NCBI GenBank assembly: GCA_005400705.1
Contig: GCA_005400705.1_4079.1
Length of the DNA stretch: 64,000 nucleotides
Direction: 5' to 3' (one strand)
Source of the DNA: Escherichia coli
GTDB lineage: Bacteria; Pseudomonadota; Gammaproteobacteria; Enterobacterales; Enterobacteriaceae
Part shown: piece after piece, positions 8,826 to 18,629 of the stretch
How positions within the stretch are numbered: position 1 is the stretch's first letter
Layout: each line of letters starts with the position of its first letter
Notes under the pieces: generated by a model
The model's input: only the letters and a program-made list of their open reading frames with translations
The model's database searches: none
What the model was told of the DNA's origin: nothing
Position numbers and translations under genes: made by a program

Positions 8826-11075
8826 TTAATCAACTATACTATCGTGACGTTTGAGTGCACGAATTACAATTGCAGCTTGAATTTGTTGTGTAAAAGAACC
8901 ACCTGCACCAAAATCATGAACAATTTTATTAACACGATAAATTGTTTGGTTAAATGTGGTTGGTGTATTAATATCCAAAACACCAGTGTTATCATTTATT
9001 GATATTACTGGTTGTAATTTCAGTAATAGATACGCTTCAGATGTTATATAATTTGCTACATGATAATCATCTGGGTTAATTTCCATATCTTCACCATTAA
9101 TTACTTGTTCTAGATATTGTAAGTAAGAGTAATCACTCCACCCTAACCAGTACGGGTCGCCTACTACACGCATATCGAGTTTACACAAAAAAGGTCTATT
9201 GTAATAGTTGTCACGTATTTTACGTCTATCCATTTCATATGTGCTGCTGTTATCGTTTAACGAAGCGGATAAAGTTGTTTCATTGTTAGTTGCTTCGGTT
9301 GGCATTGTGAACACTTCACCATAACGGTGACCAACACCATCAGTACCGCCATCGTTTTCTTCATAAGTGGTTACATAATCCTCAATATATTGAGGTAAAA
9401 CATTGACTTGATAGTTATTATAACGGTCTTGTTCTTCTGCGTTACCAACCTGCATTTGATTTTTTGCTAAAGTTTCAACTTCAGTTAACAATTGTTGTTG
9501 GGCTTGTGTTAACATCCCTCCTAAATCACGAGTTACACGTAAATCACTTGTTTTTGCCCATGCGTCTGGTATACTATTGTATTGTACACCTTGAATATTG
9601 AGTTCTTGGGATGTATGTGTACCTGCATGGTTCGCTACATCTTGTATCGGACCAGGGTTACGTGTAGTGGCTACGAAAAATTGCTGATCGAATTTCAAAT
9701 CCAAATCAAGTATCTCACTATTAAGCCCACTAAATTGATAATTATAAGTTTTCATGTTTATTTTTGGTTTTTGATCATTAGGATCTACGTATTTTTCTGC
9801 GTTCTCGAAAAAGTACTCAAATGTGAAATTTTCAGGTTGTAAATCCGATTCATGAACAATATCACCTATTTTAAATCTAACAATATAAAAAATTACTTTA
9901 TAAACAGAAGTATTACGATAATTATCAAAACCAACGTATTGTTTAACTGGTATAATGTTTACAAATTGACGCACACTAGTACTATCATCGGCTTGTACAG
10001 TACATGTATCAATAACGTCATCAATAATTCGAGATATAGGAGTACTTGGGTTCCATGAAAAGTTTTTAGAACCTTGTGCACCACTTTTAGTTGTTCCGGC
10101 CTCTGCCATTTGTTTAGAATCATAGTTTATAAACAAATCTTGCAAATCAGGTGCTACTTTAAATTCGAAAAATTTACCTTCGGATAATTCACCAAATTTA
10201 TATCTAAGATAACCATATTGTTGGTCAGCCATCTGATTTAATTTATCTTCTAAATCAAAGCAGAAGTCACCAAAGTTTTCAGCAGTACAATTGAATGGTT
10301 CTTTTAAGGTCCATTCAATGTTATCAACTAAAGCTGCTCTATTATGAACTAAGTTCATAGTATACATCATAGTACTACCACTTTGTGAAGCACTTGCAGT
10401 AACACTATTAATTTTAACTGACCAGCGTCTTGTTGTTTCTGGGATAATTTCAGGTATTCCATTTTTATTAAAGCCAATAAACTTTAATTCCAAGATCAAT
10501 GGCAAGTCCATAAATTTATGATATCTAAGTTTGTTACTTAACGAAATTAATTCATCATAAAGACTCATACTATTATTTTCAGACATATTAAGTACTGCTG
10601 TATTAAAACAATAGTTTGTTGTCATTCCTGGTGTTGAAGGTCCAGCTTGTGTCATTTGTACACTAGTGATATTATATTTGCCAGTAACACCACTTTCTGA
10701 TATCACATGTCGTTGCACTTCTGCATCTGGGTAAAGCCAAAAGTTTTTAAAATCATCTTTATCTAAGGCAAATAAACAAAAGTGCCATGTTGGATTATCA
10801 TATTTCAATAATTTATTGTCATACGGTATTACAAACTGACTTAAATCTAGATCTTCATAAACTTGATCAACACTAGCACTTTGTTTTGGTAATGATACTA
10901 CATTACTTACATTTGCTTTGTAATTATTTTTTGTAATAGTTTTTACATCATTTTGTAATGTATTTGCTGTAGCTTTCAAACTATCAAGTGCATTAGATGT
11001 GGTGGTTTTAGCCTTACCAGTAATACTTGTAATATCATTTTGAAAATTATCAACTGTACTTCGTAAATCTGCCAT
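8826..11075 (-). CDS. baseplate/tail structural protein (function unknown; hub-associated by position)
   Basis: 749-aa ORF immediately upstream of gp5-like gene, GGAG RBS; no diagnostic motif recognised. Confidence 0.55.
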   Translation of the reverse strand: MADLRSTVDNFQNDITSITGKAKTTTSNALDSLKATANTLQNDVKTITKNNYKANVSNVVSLPKQSASVDQVYEDLDLSQFVIPYDNKLLKYDNPTWHFCLFALDKDDFKNFWLYPDAEVQRHVISESGVTGKYNITSVQMTQAGPSTPGMTTNYCFNTAVLNMSENNSMSLYDELISLSNKLRYHKFMDLPLILELKFIGFNKNGIPEIIPETTRRWSVKINSVTASASQSGSTMMYTMNLVHNRAALVDNIEWTLKEPFNCTAENFGDFCFDLEDKLNQMADQQYGYLRYKFGELSEGKFFEFKVAPDLQDLFINYDSKQMAEAGTTKSGAQGSKNFSWNPSTPISRIIDDVIDTCTVQADDSTSVRQFVNIIPVKQYVGFDNYRNTSVYKVIFYIVRFKIGDIVHESDLQPENFTFEYFFENAEKYVDPNDQKPKINMKTYNYQFSGLNSEILDLDLKFDQQFFVATTRNPGPIQDVANHAGTHTSQELNIQGVQYNSIPDAWAKTSDLRVTRDLGGMLTQAQQQLLTEVETLAKNQMQVGNAEEQDRYNNYQVNVLPQYIEDYVTTYEENDGGTDGVGHRYGEVFTMPTEATNNETTLSASLNDNSSTYEMDRRKIRDNYYNRPFLCKLDMRVVGDPYWLGWSDYSYLQYLEQVINGEDMEINPDDYHVANYITSEAYLLLKLQPVISINDNTGVLDINTPTTFNQTIYRVNKIVHDFGAGGSFTQQIQAAIVIRALKRHDSIVD

Positions 11076-11086
11076 ACGTTACTCCA

Positions 11087-11401
11087 TTAGCCTATGTTTC
11101 GAGTACCATTAAGATAATTTTGTACTCTTTGATTTGCTGGTATTCTAATTGTTACTCCACTTTTAAAATTATATATAGGATCTTCTCCTAGTATGTCTGG
11201 ATTTAACAATGCGAAAATATAATATAAGCGTTCATTACCATACATTTCGTATGCTAAACGCCAAGGTTGATATTCATATTTCAATGGGATCTCATAAAAA
11301 TCATCAGTATCAGCCGGAACAATATCACGTGGTAAATTATACCCAAGATACCATGTTTGTTTCACCTTAGCGTAAGGTGAGTATTGACTATAGTTGGACA
11401 T
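11087..11401 (-). CDS. LysM-like / tail protein X-like domain protein (baseplate-associated)
   Basis: 104 aa; RLAYEMYGNERLYYIFALLNP...GVTIRIP pattern resembles P2 gpX/LysM-like fold; GGAGGA RBS. Confidence 0.5.
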   Translation of the reverse strand: MSNYSQYSPYAKVKQTWYLGYNLPRDIVPADTDDFYEIPLKYEYQPWRLAYEMYGNERLYYIFALLNPDILGEDPIYNFKSGVTIRIPANQRVQNYLNGTRNIG

Positions 11402-12132
11402 TAAATGAATCCTCCTTTACGTAATAGTTCACCACGTTTGAATGCATTGAGGTTGAACGTTTTAGTCATATAATCCGATGTTGGTTGTTCTTCAAGTTGT
11501 AACATAACTGAGATTTTTTGTGGAACCCAAACTTCATCTTGTGGGTTCATATATCCAGTACTTCTAAGTTGTTCGAAGAATTTTCTACTATCCATGTCGG
11601 ATAAATTAAAAGTACTATCGCTACTATTCAACGGAACTTGAATATAAGAAACATCATTTGGGTAAGTAAAATTATAAGATTTTAAAATAACAGGAATATC
11701 ATTATATGTATAACGACCATATCCACTTAGAAGTAAGATTGGTGGTGGTGCACCTGCAATTGCGAGTTCGGGGTTATTAGCCGAAGCAGCTTGTCTACCA
11801 AAATCCATCAACGAAACAGAACGTATAAAATGAACACATGCCAACGCATACATAGCTTCTGCTGCTGTATTCGCATAAAATTCACCCTGAATCGTGAAAA
11901 CTGTATTAGTAGTGTTCTTATAGTTGTTATAGTTACTGTTAGTATGTATAGGGGACTGTGTTTCATACTGAATTGACCTTTGTTCAGTAATTGTTGGTGT
12001 TACAGTCCAAACCAACCCATTAGTTGGACGCAGAAACGAAAGTAGAGTTGGTTCGGAGCTATCTCCAAAATCACCATATACATAGTTAGCACCTGCGGCT
12101 TTAGGTCGTAATCGAATTCTACGATCAATCAT
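11401..12132 (-). CDS. baseplate module protein (hypothetical)
   Basis: Track ORF 11401-12222; start trimmed to ATG at 12132 preceded by GGAGAA RBS and TATAAATA element; 1-nt overlap with downstream gene. Confidence 0.5.
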   Translation of the reverse strand: MIDRRIRLRPKAAGANYVYGDFGDSSEPTLLSFLRPTNGLVWTVTPTITEQRSIQYETQSPIHTNSNYNNYKNTTNTVFTIQGEFYANTAAEAMYALACVHFIRSVSLMDFGRQAASANNPELAIAGAPPPILLLSGYGRYTYNDIPVILKSYNFTYPNDVSYIQVPLNSSDSTFNLSDMDSRKFFEQLRSTGYMNPQDEVWVPQKISVMLQLEEQPTSDYMTKTFNLNAFKRGELLRKGGFI

Positions 12133-12167
12133 CTTTTTGATTCTCCATAATAAGGGAACATTTGATG

Positions 12168-12175
12168 TATTTATA
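12168..12175 (-). promoter_or_regulatory. T4-type late promoter TATAAATA driving minus-strand baseplate cluster
   Basis: plus tatttata; about 36 nt upstream of ATG at 12132. Confidence 0.55.
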
Positions 12176-12263
12176 CGTGGGACAAACTGCTTTTTGGTGC
12201 TATAATAACATTGATGGTACAAGGATTGTACCTATTGGATTTAAACATGGAGAGTAAAATACA

Positions 12264-13103
12264 ATGACAAATAGACCAAAGCGTAAAAAGTATCTCAATA
12301 ATGCTGATTTACTGCGTGAAATACAAAAAAGTAAAATTTCATATTGCTGGTTATTAGACAAATCATATAGTATGTATGATTATATTGTTTTTCATGAGTC
12401 AGAAATTACTGCTGAGTTACTAGAAAAAGCTAAGGCAGCCCGAATTAAACGACTGAACAATGAAATGCTTGATAGTATTCGTGAAAAGGAAAATATGAGT
12501 GCTAAAAAAGCTAAAGAATATGCAGATGAACACAATTTAGTTATCACTGACGTTCCAATTGATGAAGTTGTTATTCGTGTTATTACAGATGAACATATTC
12601 CACCAGATACTAGAGTTAACTTTGAACCATTCAAGCATTATATTGTAGATAATGAAGGTATTCTCTATGAAGTTTGTCGTTCTCACTGGAAAGGCGACCT
12701 TGAAACTGGTGAATTCAGTACTGTTCATGGTAAAATTACAAATGAACTTGGGAAGATGTTCATTAAACTTGCAGAGGAAATCTCACACAAATCTAATTAC
12801 AGAAACTATACATACTTAGATGAAATGATGGGTGATGCAAGAATACAATTAGTTAAAAACGCACTTCTCTTTAAAGAGAGCATTCTTTATAAAAAAGATA
12901 AACCAGCAGTTCAGCTAAATCCTTTCTCTTACTATACATCATTCGTAAACAATAGTTTTCGTTCTATATTGAATAGTGAGAAAAATGTTCGAAATATACG
13001 TGATGATTTACTTGAAATGCATGGCTTTACGCCATCACATACACGTCAAATTGAAATTGAATTGAACATGATTGAAAGGAAAAATGAAGATGGCTCTGTT
13101 TGA
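12264..13103 (+). CDS. gp55: late-transcription sigma factor (gp55-like), extended C-terminus
   Basis: N-terminal KYLNNADLLREIQKSK resembles gp55 N-terminus as recalled; T4-like synteny 55-47-46; GGAGAG RBS. Confidence 0.6.
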   Translation: MTNRPKRKKYLNNADLLREIQKSKISYCWLLDKSYSMYDYIVFHESEITAELLEKAKAARIKRLNNEMLDSIREKENMSAKKAKEYADEHNLVITDVPIDEVVIRVITDEHIPPDTRVNFEPFKHYIVDNEGILYEVCRSHWKGDLETGEFSTVHGKITNELGKMFIKLAEEISHKSNYRNYTYLDEMMGDARIQLVKNALLFKESILYKKDKPAVQLNPFSYYTSFVNNSFRSILNSEKNVRNIRDDLLEMHGFTPSHTRQIEIELNMIERKNEDGSV

Positions 13104-14121
13104 TAAAGCAATTACATTCACTGATATTCACTTAGGTTTAAAGAATAACAGCAAGCAACACAATGAAGATTGTTTAAACTTCATTAAATTCATGATTGAT
13201 GTAGCTAAAAAAAATAATATCAAAGTTTGTGTTTTTATGGGAGATTATTTTCATAATAGAAGTAATATCAATATCCAAACACTAAACTATGGTTTACAAA
13301 TTCTTCAATTATTAAATGATAATTTTGAAAAAGTATATTTTTTAGTAGGCAACCATGATATGTATCATAAAAACAAACGTGATATAACAAGTATCAATAT
13401 GGCTCAAGTTTATGAAAATATAGAATTCATTAATGAAATTACAACATTTGATGATTGTACTTTCATTCCATTTATGATTGAAGATGAATATAAGTTGTTA
13501 CCTCAACTAAAAAGTAAGTATGTTTTTGGTCACTTAGAGTTACCAGGTTACTTGCTTAACAAGATGGTAGAAATGCCTGATCATGGAAAAGAAACAGAAG
13601 GTTCTTTTGGTGGTTGTGAGTATGTTTTTAGTGGGCATTTTCATAAAAGGCAGTCAAAAACAACTTCAAAAGGAACTCGTGTAGTTTATACTGGTAATTG
13701 TTTTCCACATAATTTTTCCGATACATGGGATGATGCAAGAGGTGTGATGATTCTTGAACATGGTAAAGAACCTATTTTCAAGTCATGGGATAATGCACCA
13801 AAATATAGAACATTCACACTTTCTGAATTGTTGACTGATCCAAGCTATTATCTACAAGATAACACAATATCAAAAGTTCAAGTTGATATATCAATAACAA
13901 CTGATGAGATTAGTTTTATTCGTGATACATTTACTAAACTTTATAACATTAGGGAGTTTAATGTTGTAACTAGCAAGCAAAGTATTTCAGAATTAATCGA
14001 AGATGGTGTTAGTTTTGAAAGTACTGAATCAGTTGATGAGATAGTTTTACAGCAAATTATGGAAATTGATTCACCAATGTTTGATAAAAATCTTCTAATC
14101 CAAATTTACAGATCGTTATAA
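13084..14121 (+). CDS. gp47: recombination endonuclease subunit gp47 (Mre11/SbcD-like phosphoesterase)
   Basis: Motifs FTDIHLG, GDYFH, LVGNHD, GHLE, SGHFH typical of calcineurin-like phosphoesterase; start moved from TTG 13072 to ATG 13084 with AGGA RBS. Confidence 0.8.
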   Translation: MKMALFDKAITFTDIHLGLKNNSKQHNEDCLNFIKFMIDVAKKNNIKVCVFMGDYFHNRSNINIQTLNYGLQILQLLNDNFEKVYFLVGNHDMYHKNKRDITSINMAQVYENIEFINEITTFDDCTFIPFMIEDEYKLLPQLKSKYVFGHLELPGYLLNKMVEMPDHGKETEGSFGGCEYVFSGHFHKRQSKTTSKGTRVVYTGNCFPHNFSDTWDDARGVMILEHGKEPIFKSWDNAPKYRTFTLSELLTDPSYYLQDNTISKVQVDISITTDEISFIRDTFTKLYNIREFNVVTSKQSISELIEDGVSFESTESVDEIVLQQIMEIDSPMFDKNLLIQIYRSL

Positions 14122-14129
14122 GGGACTAT

Positions 14130-16277
14130 ATGCTAAACATTACACGTATATCTATGAGGAACTTCTTTTCATTTGGTAATGCACCACAATCAATTGATTT
14201 GAATGGTTCCGACATTTCATTAGTACTGGGTCAAAATAATGATGCAGTTATTGAAGGTGGTGACAGTACCGGACGTCGAAATGGTGTAGGGAAAAGTGCT
14301 ATTATTCAAGGATTAGTTTTTGGATTATTTGGTAAAAGTATTGGTAATGATATTAAAATTCCGAACCTAGTCAATAAAACTAATGGCAAAAATTGTGAAG
14401 TAGTTGTAGAGTTTGAAAAAGATGGTGTACAATATCTGGTTGAACGTGGGAGAAGTCCCACGTATTTCAATTTTGTTACTTTAGGGAAAGATAATAAAAT
14501 TGAAGATGAATCAAGGGGAGAAAAGAAAGACACACAAGAAGATTTGAATGAAATTCTTGGTATATCTCAATTATTATTTGAACATATTGTAGTACTGAAT
14601 GCTAACGTTGAACCTTTCTTAGCTTTATCCACACAAAAACAACGTGATATGATAGAAGAACTTCTTGGAATAACACAGTTGACGGAAAAAGCTGAAATGC
14701 TAAAGGAGATGTATAAGGATACTAAACGTTTAGCCGAACAAGAAAAGTTCAAAAATGAAACTGTAGCTGCAAGTAATGAACGTATTCAAAAAAGTATTGA
14801 GACACTACAAGAACAGGCAAACCAGTTTGAAATTGATAAAAATAATAGAGTATCTAAGTTAAATGAAGAGTTGAATATATATAAAACTTTAGACTTTAAT
14901 GACCTCTATGAAGCTGCTGATATAAAAGAGAAAGCTCTTATTCATAACGCAAAGCGTGGGGAAATCGAACGCCGTGTACAAGAGTTGGCTTTAAAATTTG
15001 ATGCATATGACCGTGAACTTGAAAGATCTAAAAGAGAATTAAATCTAAGCATTGATAAGCTAAAAACTATTGATATTAGTGCAGAATTGGAAAATCATAA
15101 TGAGTTGGAGATATGGAAACAGTTAGAGGGTATTCTAAAAGAGAATAATAACCAAAAACGTTTCAAAGAACAAAAACTAAACTCACTAAAAATAGCTTTA
15201 AAAGGATATGAATGTTCAATTAATGCTGAAATTGACAAATTATCAACAGTTGAAAACAGCAAATGTCCACTTTGTATGTCTGAATTAGAACATAACGAAC
15301 ATACTTCTTCAATTAAAGACAAAATCCAAAGTACTATTAATGATCTTCAAGCTAAAATTGATAGTTCTTCTTCTGAAATTGAAACATTACTTCAAGAAAT
15401 TGATAGTATTGAGATTTTTGATATGCCACCTAAGCCTGTGACATATTATAATACACTTTCAGAAGCACAAATGCATGAACATAAGCTTCAAGAATTGGTC
15501 AGAAAGAGTGAAGAAGAACAAATAAACATCTATGCAAATGAACTTATGTCATCATATGATGAACTTAACTCATATGAACTAATGGAAGTTCCAGATACAT
15601 TAAACAAATATGAAGTTAAAGAGTTAGAAATGACTGTAAATTCATTATCACAGCAATTAGATCGTGAATTGAAGACTACTAACACATTTATTAGCCAAAT
15701 TAATACCCTGAAGACTGATTCTTTAGTACCAATCGATTATAGCGACTATAATAATCTTGATAAAATGTCAAATCACCAAGATTTCTTGGTTAAATTACTT
15801 TTAAACAAGGATTCTTATGTCCGTAAACGTATTATTGAGCAAAATATCTCATATTTGAATACACGACTTCAGTACTATATCGATATGTGCGGTTCTGAGC
15901 ATAATGTTGTGTTTTTGAATGATTTGAGTGTTGAAATTGAGAAGAGTGGACAGTACTTTGACTATAAACAGCTTAGTAGAGGTGAGCGTACAAGGGTAAA
16001 CATCGCATTATCTTGTGCTTTCCGTGATACATATGAGTCATTATACCAAAGTATTAATATTCTTATCATTGATGAGATGATTGACCAAGGTCTTGACTCA
16101 AGTGGTGTTCTACGTGTGTGGTCTATCTTCCAAGATATGGCTGCTGTACGTGGTAAGAACGTTTATGCTATTTCCCACAGAGAAGAGTTACTATCTAAGA
16201 CTGAAAAAATCCTCAAAGTTGTTAAAGAGGACGGTTTCAGTACTGTTGAATATGCAACCCTTGACGATGTTTTCTAA
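14130..16277 (+). CDS. gp46: recombination endonuclease subunit gp46 (Rad50/SbcC-like ATPase)
   Basis: Walker A RNGVGKSA; long coiled-coil middle with CPLC zinc-hook-like motif; C-terminal signature LSRGERTRVNIALS and Walker B ILIIDE. Confidence 0.8.
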   Translation: MLNITRISMRNFFSFGNAPQSIDLNGSDISLVLGQNNDAVIEGGDSTGRRNGVGKSAIIQGLVFGLFGKSIGNDIKIPNLVNKTNGKNCEVVVEFEKDGVQYLVERGRSPTYFNFVTLGKDNKIEDESRGEKKDTQEDLNEILGISQLLFEHIVVLNANVEPFLALSTQKQRDMIEELLGITQLTEKAEMLKEMYKDTKRLAEQEKFKNETVAASNERIQKSIETLQEQANQFEIDKNNRVSKLNEELNIYKTLDFNDLYEAADIKEKALIHNAKRGEIERRVQELALKFDAYDRELERSKRELNLSIDKLKTIDISAELENHNELEIWKQLEGILKENNNQKRFKEQKLNSLKIALKGYECSINAEIDKLSTVENSKCPLCMSELEHNEHTSSIKDKIQSTINDLQAKIDSSSSEIETLLQEIDSIEIFDMPPKPVTYYNTLSEAQMHEHKLQELVRKSEEEQINIYANELMSSYDELNSYELMEVPDTLNKYEVKELEMTVNSLSQQLDRELKTTNTFISQINTLKTDSLVPIDYSDYNNLDKMSNHQDFLVKLLLNKDSYVRKRIIEQNISYLNTRLQYYIDMCGSEHNVVFLNDLSVEIEKSGQYFDYKQLSRGERTRVNIALSCAFRDTYESLYQSINILIIDEMIDQGLDSSGVLRVWSIFQDMAAVRGKNVYAISHREELLSKTEKILKVVKEDGFSTVEYATLDDVF

Positions 16278-16288
16278 TTAAAGATAAA

Positions 16289-16311
16289 GGGAGCCTTAGC
16301 TCCCTTTTTTT
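16289..16311. terminator. bidirectional rho-independent terminator between gp46 and EndoVII-like gene
   Basis: GGGAGC-ctta-GCTCCC hairpin followed by TTTTTTT; overlaps minus-gene stop. Confidence 0.6.
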
Positions 16312-16787
16312 ATATCAACCATATTTAATTTACCGTCCTTAATCAGCTTTCTAGCTTGCTTTACACGAGCAGTAGTGTTACTACCAGGGACAACTCCTAA
16401 CCCTTCCAGAATCGCGTTTTGCTGTGTTGCTGGAAGCCTTTTAAACTTATTAACATCCACAGTTAGTGCTGTGTGATGTATGACTTGCTCTTCAGGTGGA
16501 ATGTTATTGTTCTTTTCAAGATAATCTGCCAGATTTCTTAGTACTTCATGAAGAGGTTTATCAGTTAAATGGCCCAGACAGCGTTTAAATGAATTTGCGA
16601 CCCTTCCTTCCCATCCATTCACCTCATTTTGAAGAACCTGTCTACAATGTTGATTTCCACCATGATAGTGGTCAAGTACTGGTTTAGTTATTTTTATTCC
16701 TATAATGGGGTCAATACCATTTTGTTTTTTTAGTAGTTCTTTTCTGTAAGCTGCTGCTTCATTGGGATTTTTCAATCTCTTTTTCAT
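16296..16787 (-). CDS. HNH-type nuclease, endonuclease VII-like
   Basis: 163 aa; LDHYHGGNQHCRQVLQNEVNGWEG resembles EndoVII/HNH motif pattern LDHDH...N...EG; antisense to flanking genes. Confidence 0.55.
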   Translation of the reverse strand: MKKRLKNPNEAAAYRKELLKKQNGIDPIIGIKITKPVLDHYHGGNQHCRQVLQNEVNGWEGRVANSFKRCLGHLTDKPLHEVLRNLADYLEKNNNIPPEEQVIHHTALTVDVNKFKRLPATQQNAILEGLGVVPGSNTTARVKQARKLIKDGKLNMVDIKKGS

Positions 16788-16847
16788 AGCGTTTTGTCCT
16801 GTTTCTGTAAATAATGTATATTAAAAAGTTTTGTGAGGTACACAAGA

Positions 16848-17804
16848 ATGGCTAAAATTACACAACAACAATTCATAGATAAATCAATGAATATTCATGG
16901 TAGTATTTACACATACAATAAAACAATATATGTCAATGCACACCATCCAATAACTGTTACGTGTAACATTCACGGTGACTTCACAGTAGTTCCTAATAAA
17001 CACATTTCTGCAAAACAAGGTTGTCCAGTTTGTTCTGATATTGCAAAGAAAGAACGAAAGTCTAAAAAATCTCTGGGGTCATTCTTCACTGAAGCTACCG
17101 AAGTTCATGGTGATAAGTATGATTACTCAAAAGTGTTTTTTAACATTCGTTCAGAAAAGATTACTATTATATGCAAAGAAAAAGGTCATGGTGAATTTAA
17201 TCAAGTAGTTAGTAATCATCTATCTGGACAAGGTTGCCCTGAATGTGCCAAAATTCAAAATGGATTAAAGAAGAGAACTCCAGAAGATGTGTTCTTTGAA
17301 GATTGTAAGTTCATACACATGGATAATTATGATTACTCTAATACAAAATATAATGGCATGTATGAAACCATTACACCATTATGTAAGAGACATGGGGAAT
17401 TCACCGTACTAGCTACTAAGCATTATCATAGAAAACAAGGGTGTCCAGTTTGTTCAGACCAAGAACTAAAATCAAAACCTGTTATTGAAATTCAGAATTT
17501 TTTAAAAACGTGTGATATAATGTTTGAAATGGAAAAGAAATTTGATAGTTGTAAAAACATCAATCATTTACCATTTGATTTTTATATTCCTGAACTTAAT
17601 CTACTAATAGAATATGATGGTATCCAACACTTCAAACCAATAGAATACTTCGGTGGAGAAGAAGGTTTAGCTGAACAACAACGAAATGATGAAATTAAGA
17701 ATAAGTATTGTTATGATAATAATATTACTTTACTTAGAATAAAGTATTCAGATGACCACATTAAAATTATAAAAGACTTCATATCAAAAAATATAAATTA
17801 TTGA
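16848..17804 (+). CDS. homing-endonuclease-like protein: N-terminal Zn-ribbon repeats plus C-terminal Vsr/DUF559-like PD-(D/E)XK nuclease domain
   Basis: Three repeats of HGxF...H...QGCPxC module; C-terminus LPFDFYIPELNLLIEYDGIQH typical of DUF559/Vsr-like fold; track start GTG 16833 trimmed to ATG 16848 with GAGG RBS. Confidence 0.6.
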   Translation: MAKITQQQFIDKSMNIHGSIYTYNKTIYVNAHHPITVTCNIHGDFTVVPNKHISAKQGCPVCSDIAKKERKSKKSLGSFFTEATEVHGDKYDYSKVFFNIRSEKITIICKEKGHGEFNQVVSNHLSGQGCPECAKIQNGLKKRTPEDVFFEDCKFIHMDNYDYSNTKYNGMYETITPLCKRHGEFTVLATKHYHRKQGCPVCSDQELKSKPVIEIQNFLKTCDIMFEMEKKFDSCKNINHLPFDFYIPELNLLIEYDGIQHFKPIEYFGGEEGLAEQQRNDEIKNKYCYDNNITLLRIKYSDDHIKIIKDFISKNINY

Positions 17805-17816
17805 ATAGTTTTTATG

Positions 17817-17851
17817 AACCAAGTAATGTTTTGTTACTTGGTTTTTTTATA
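17817..17851 (+). terminator. rho-independent terminator after homing-endonuclease-like gene
   Basis: AACCAAGTAA-tgttttg-TTACTTGGTT perfect 10-bp stem followed by TTTTTTTAT; second GTACT-a-AGTAC hairpin plus T-run at 17862-17887. Confidence 0.7.
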
Positions 17852-17896
17852 CTTCAAAAATGTACTAAGTACTTTTTTATTTTTTTATGATATTAG

Positions 17897-17925
17897 TGGG
17901 AAGATTTTAAAAATGGTGCTATAAT
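17897..17925 (+). promoter_or_regulatory. promoter, TGGGAA-N17-TATAAT class with TG extended -10
   Basis: TGGGAA 17897-17902, 17-nt spacer, TATAAT 17920-17925 preceded by GTGC; same architecture recurs at 7 other sites. Confidence 0.5.
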
Positions 17926-17931
17926 GTTTGT

Positions 17932-18387
17932 TGTAGTAATGACAATCCTGTTGAATGCAGAAATGCATATAAATTAGAACCTGATCCTATCGAAAATGTA
18001 GATGGCAGATGAGCAGTTCAACAGTGCGATGAGCAAAAGAAACCCGTTAGATGTGGGCATAGTTTGAACCCCTCACGGCAATGCGGCTCAATAAAGAACT
18101 CCGATAAGCATACAGAGAGTTCCTAGATAGACATATAAGGATCGCACCTTACCAGATTTGCTAAGGGAGTTTATTAAGTGATTTTAATAAACAGCCTGAA
18201 GTTTGATTGTATAGACTTTCAGGTGAGTGTCAGGATGATTAAGACTGACGACCGTTGCACATGACTGCGATAGAGAGAAACAGAGCAACCCGCTTTCGTT
18301 CTTAATATATTTTTAAGAAATTCGCAATACAATAAATGCTGAAACCATCAGCGTCAAGAAATAGAGACTTCATTGTCTCTTTTTTAT
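17932..18387 (+). ncRNA. candidate structured non-coding RNA (unknown family)
   Basis: About 455 nt between promoter and terminator with no ORF over 21 codons and no RBS; multiple hairpins incl. ATGCA-GAAA-TGCAT (GNRA loop), 9-bp GTTTATTAA/TTAATAAAC, CCTGAAG/CTTTCAGG, GTCAG/CTGAC; long-range complement GTGCGAT (18024-18030)/ATCGCAC (18141-18147). Confidence 0.3.
18363..18387 (+). terminator. rho-independent terminator closing the candidate ncRNA
   Basis: AGAGAC-ttcatt-GTCTCT hairpin followed by TTTTTT. Confidence 0.6.
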
Positions 18388-18603
18388 TGTCTTCATTCCC
18401 CTGCGGGGGGATGAAAATGTCCTCAACAAATCCCGTCAAGTATTAAATCTTTTAAAGTTCTTTATAATTAATTTAATTAAATGAATATGAGTTACGTAGT
18501 AACGAATATTCTTCAGCTAACGAATGAAATGAGTTAGATGAATCTAATAATATTAAAATTAATCCTTTCATAATTCAATTCAAATAATTCTGTAGTTTAA
18601 AAC

Positions 18604-18629
18604 CAAAAAAACCAGCAACAATGTGCTGG
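18604..18629 (-). terminator. rho-independent terminator after minus-strand late genes
   Basis: CCAGCA-acaatg-TGCTGG hairpin; plus-strand A-run = minus-strand T-run downstream of stop at 18641. Confidence 0.6.

Noticed and set aside
17990-18150. Bona fide group I intron
   Set aside because: Only a P7-like 7-bp pairing and loose R/S-like context; no flanking exon (adjacent genes are on the opposite strand or separated by terminators), no clear P3/P4 pairings. Kept only as one hypothesis within the ncRNA finding
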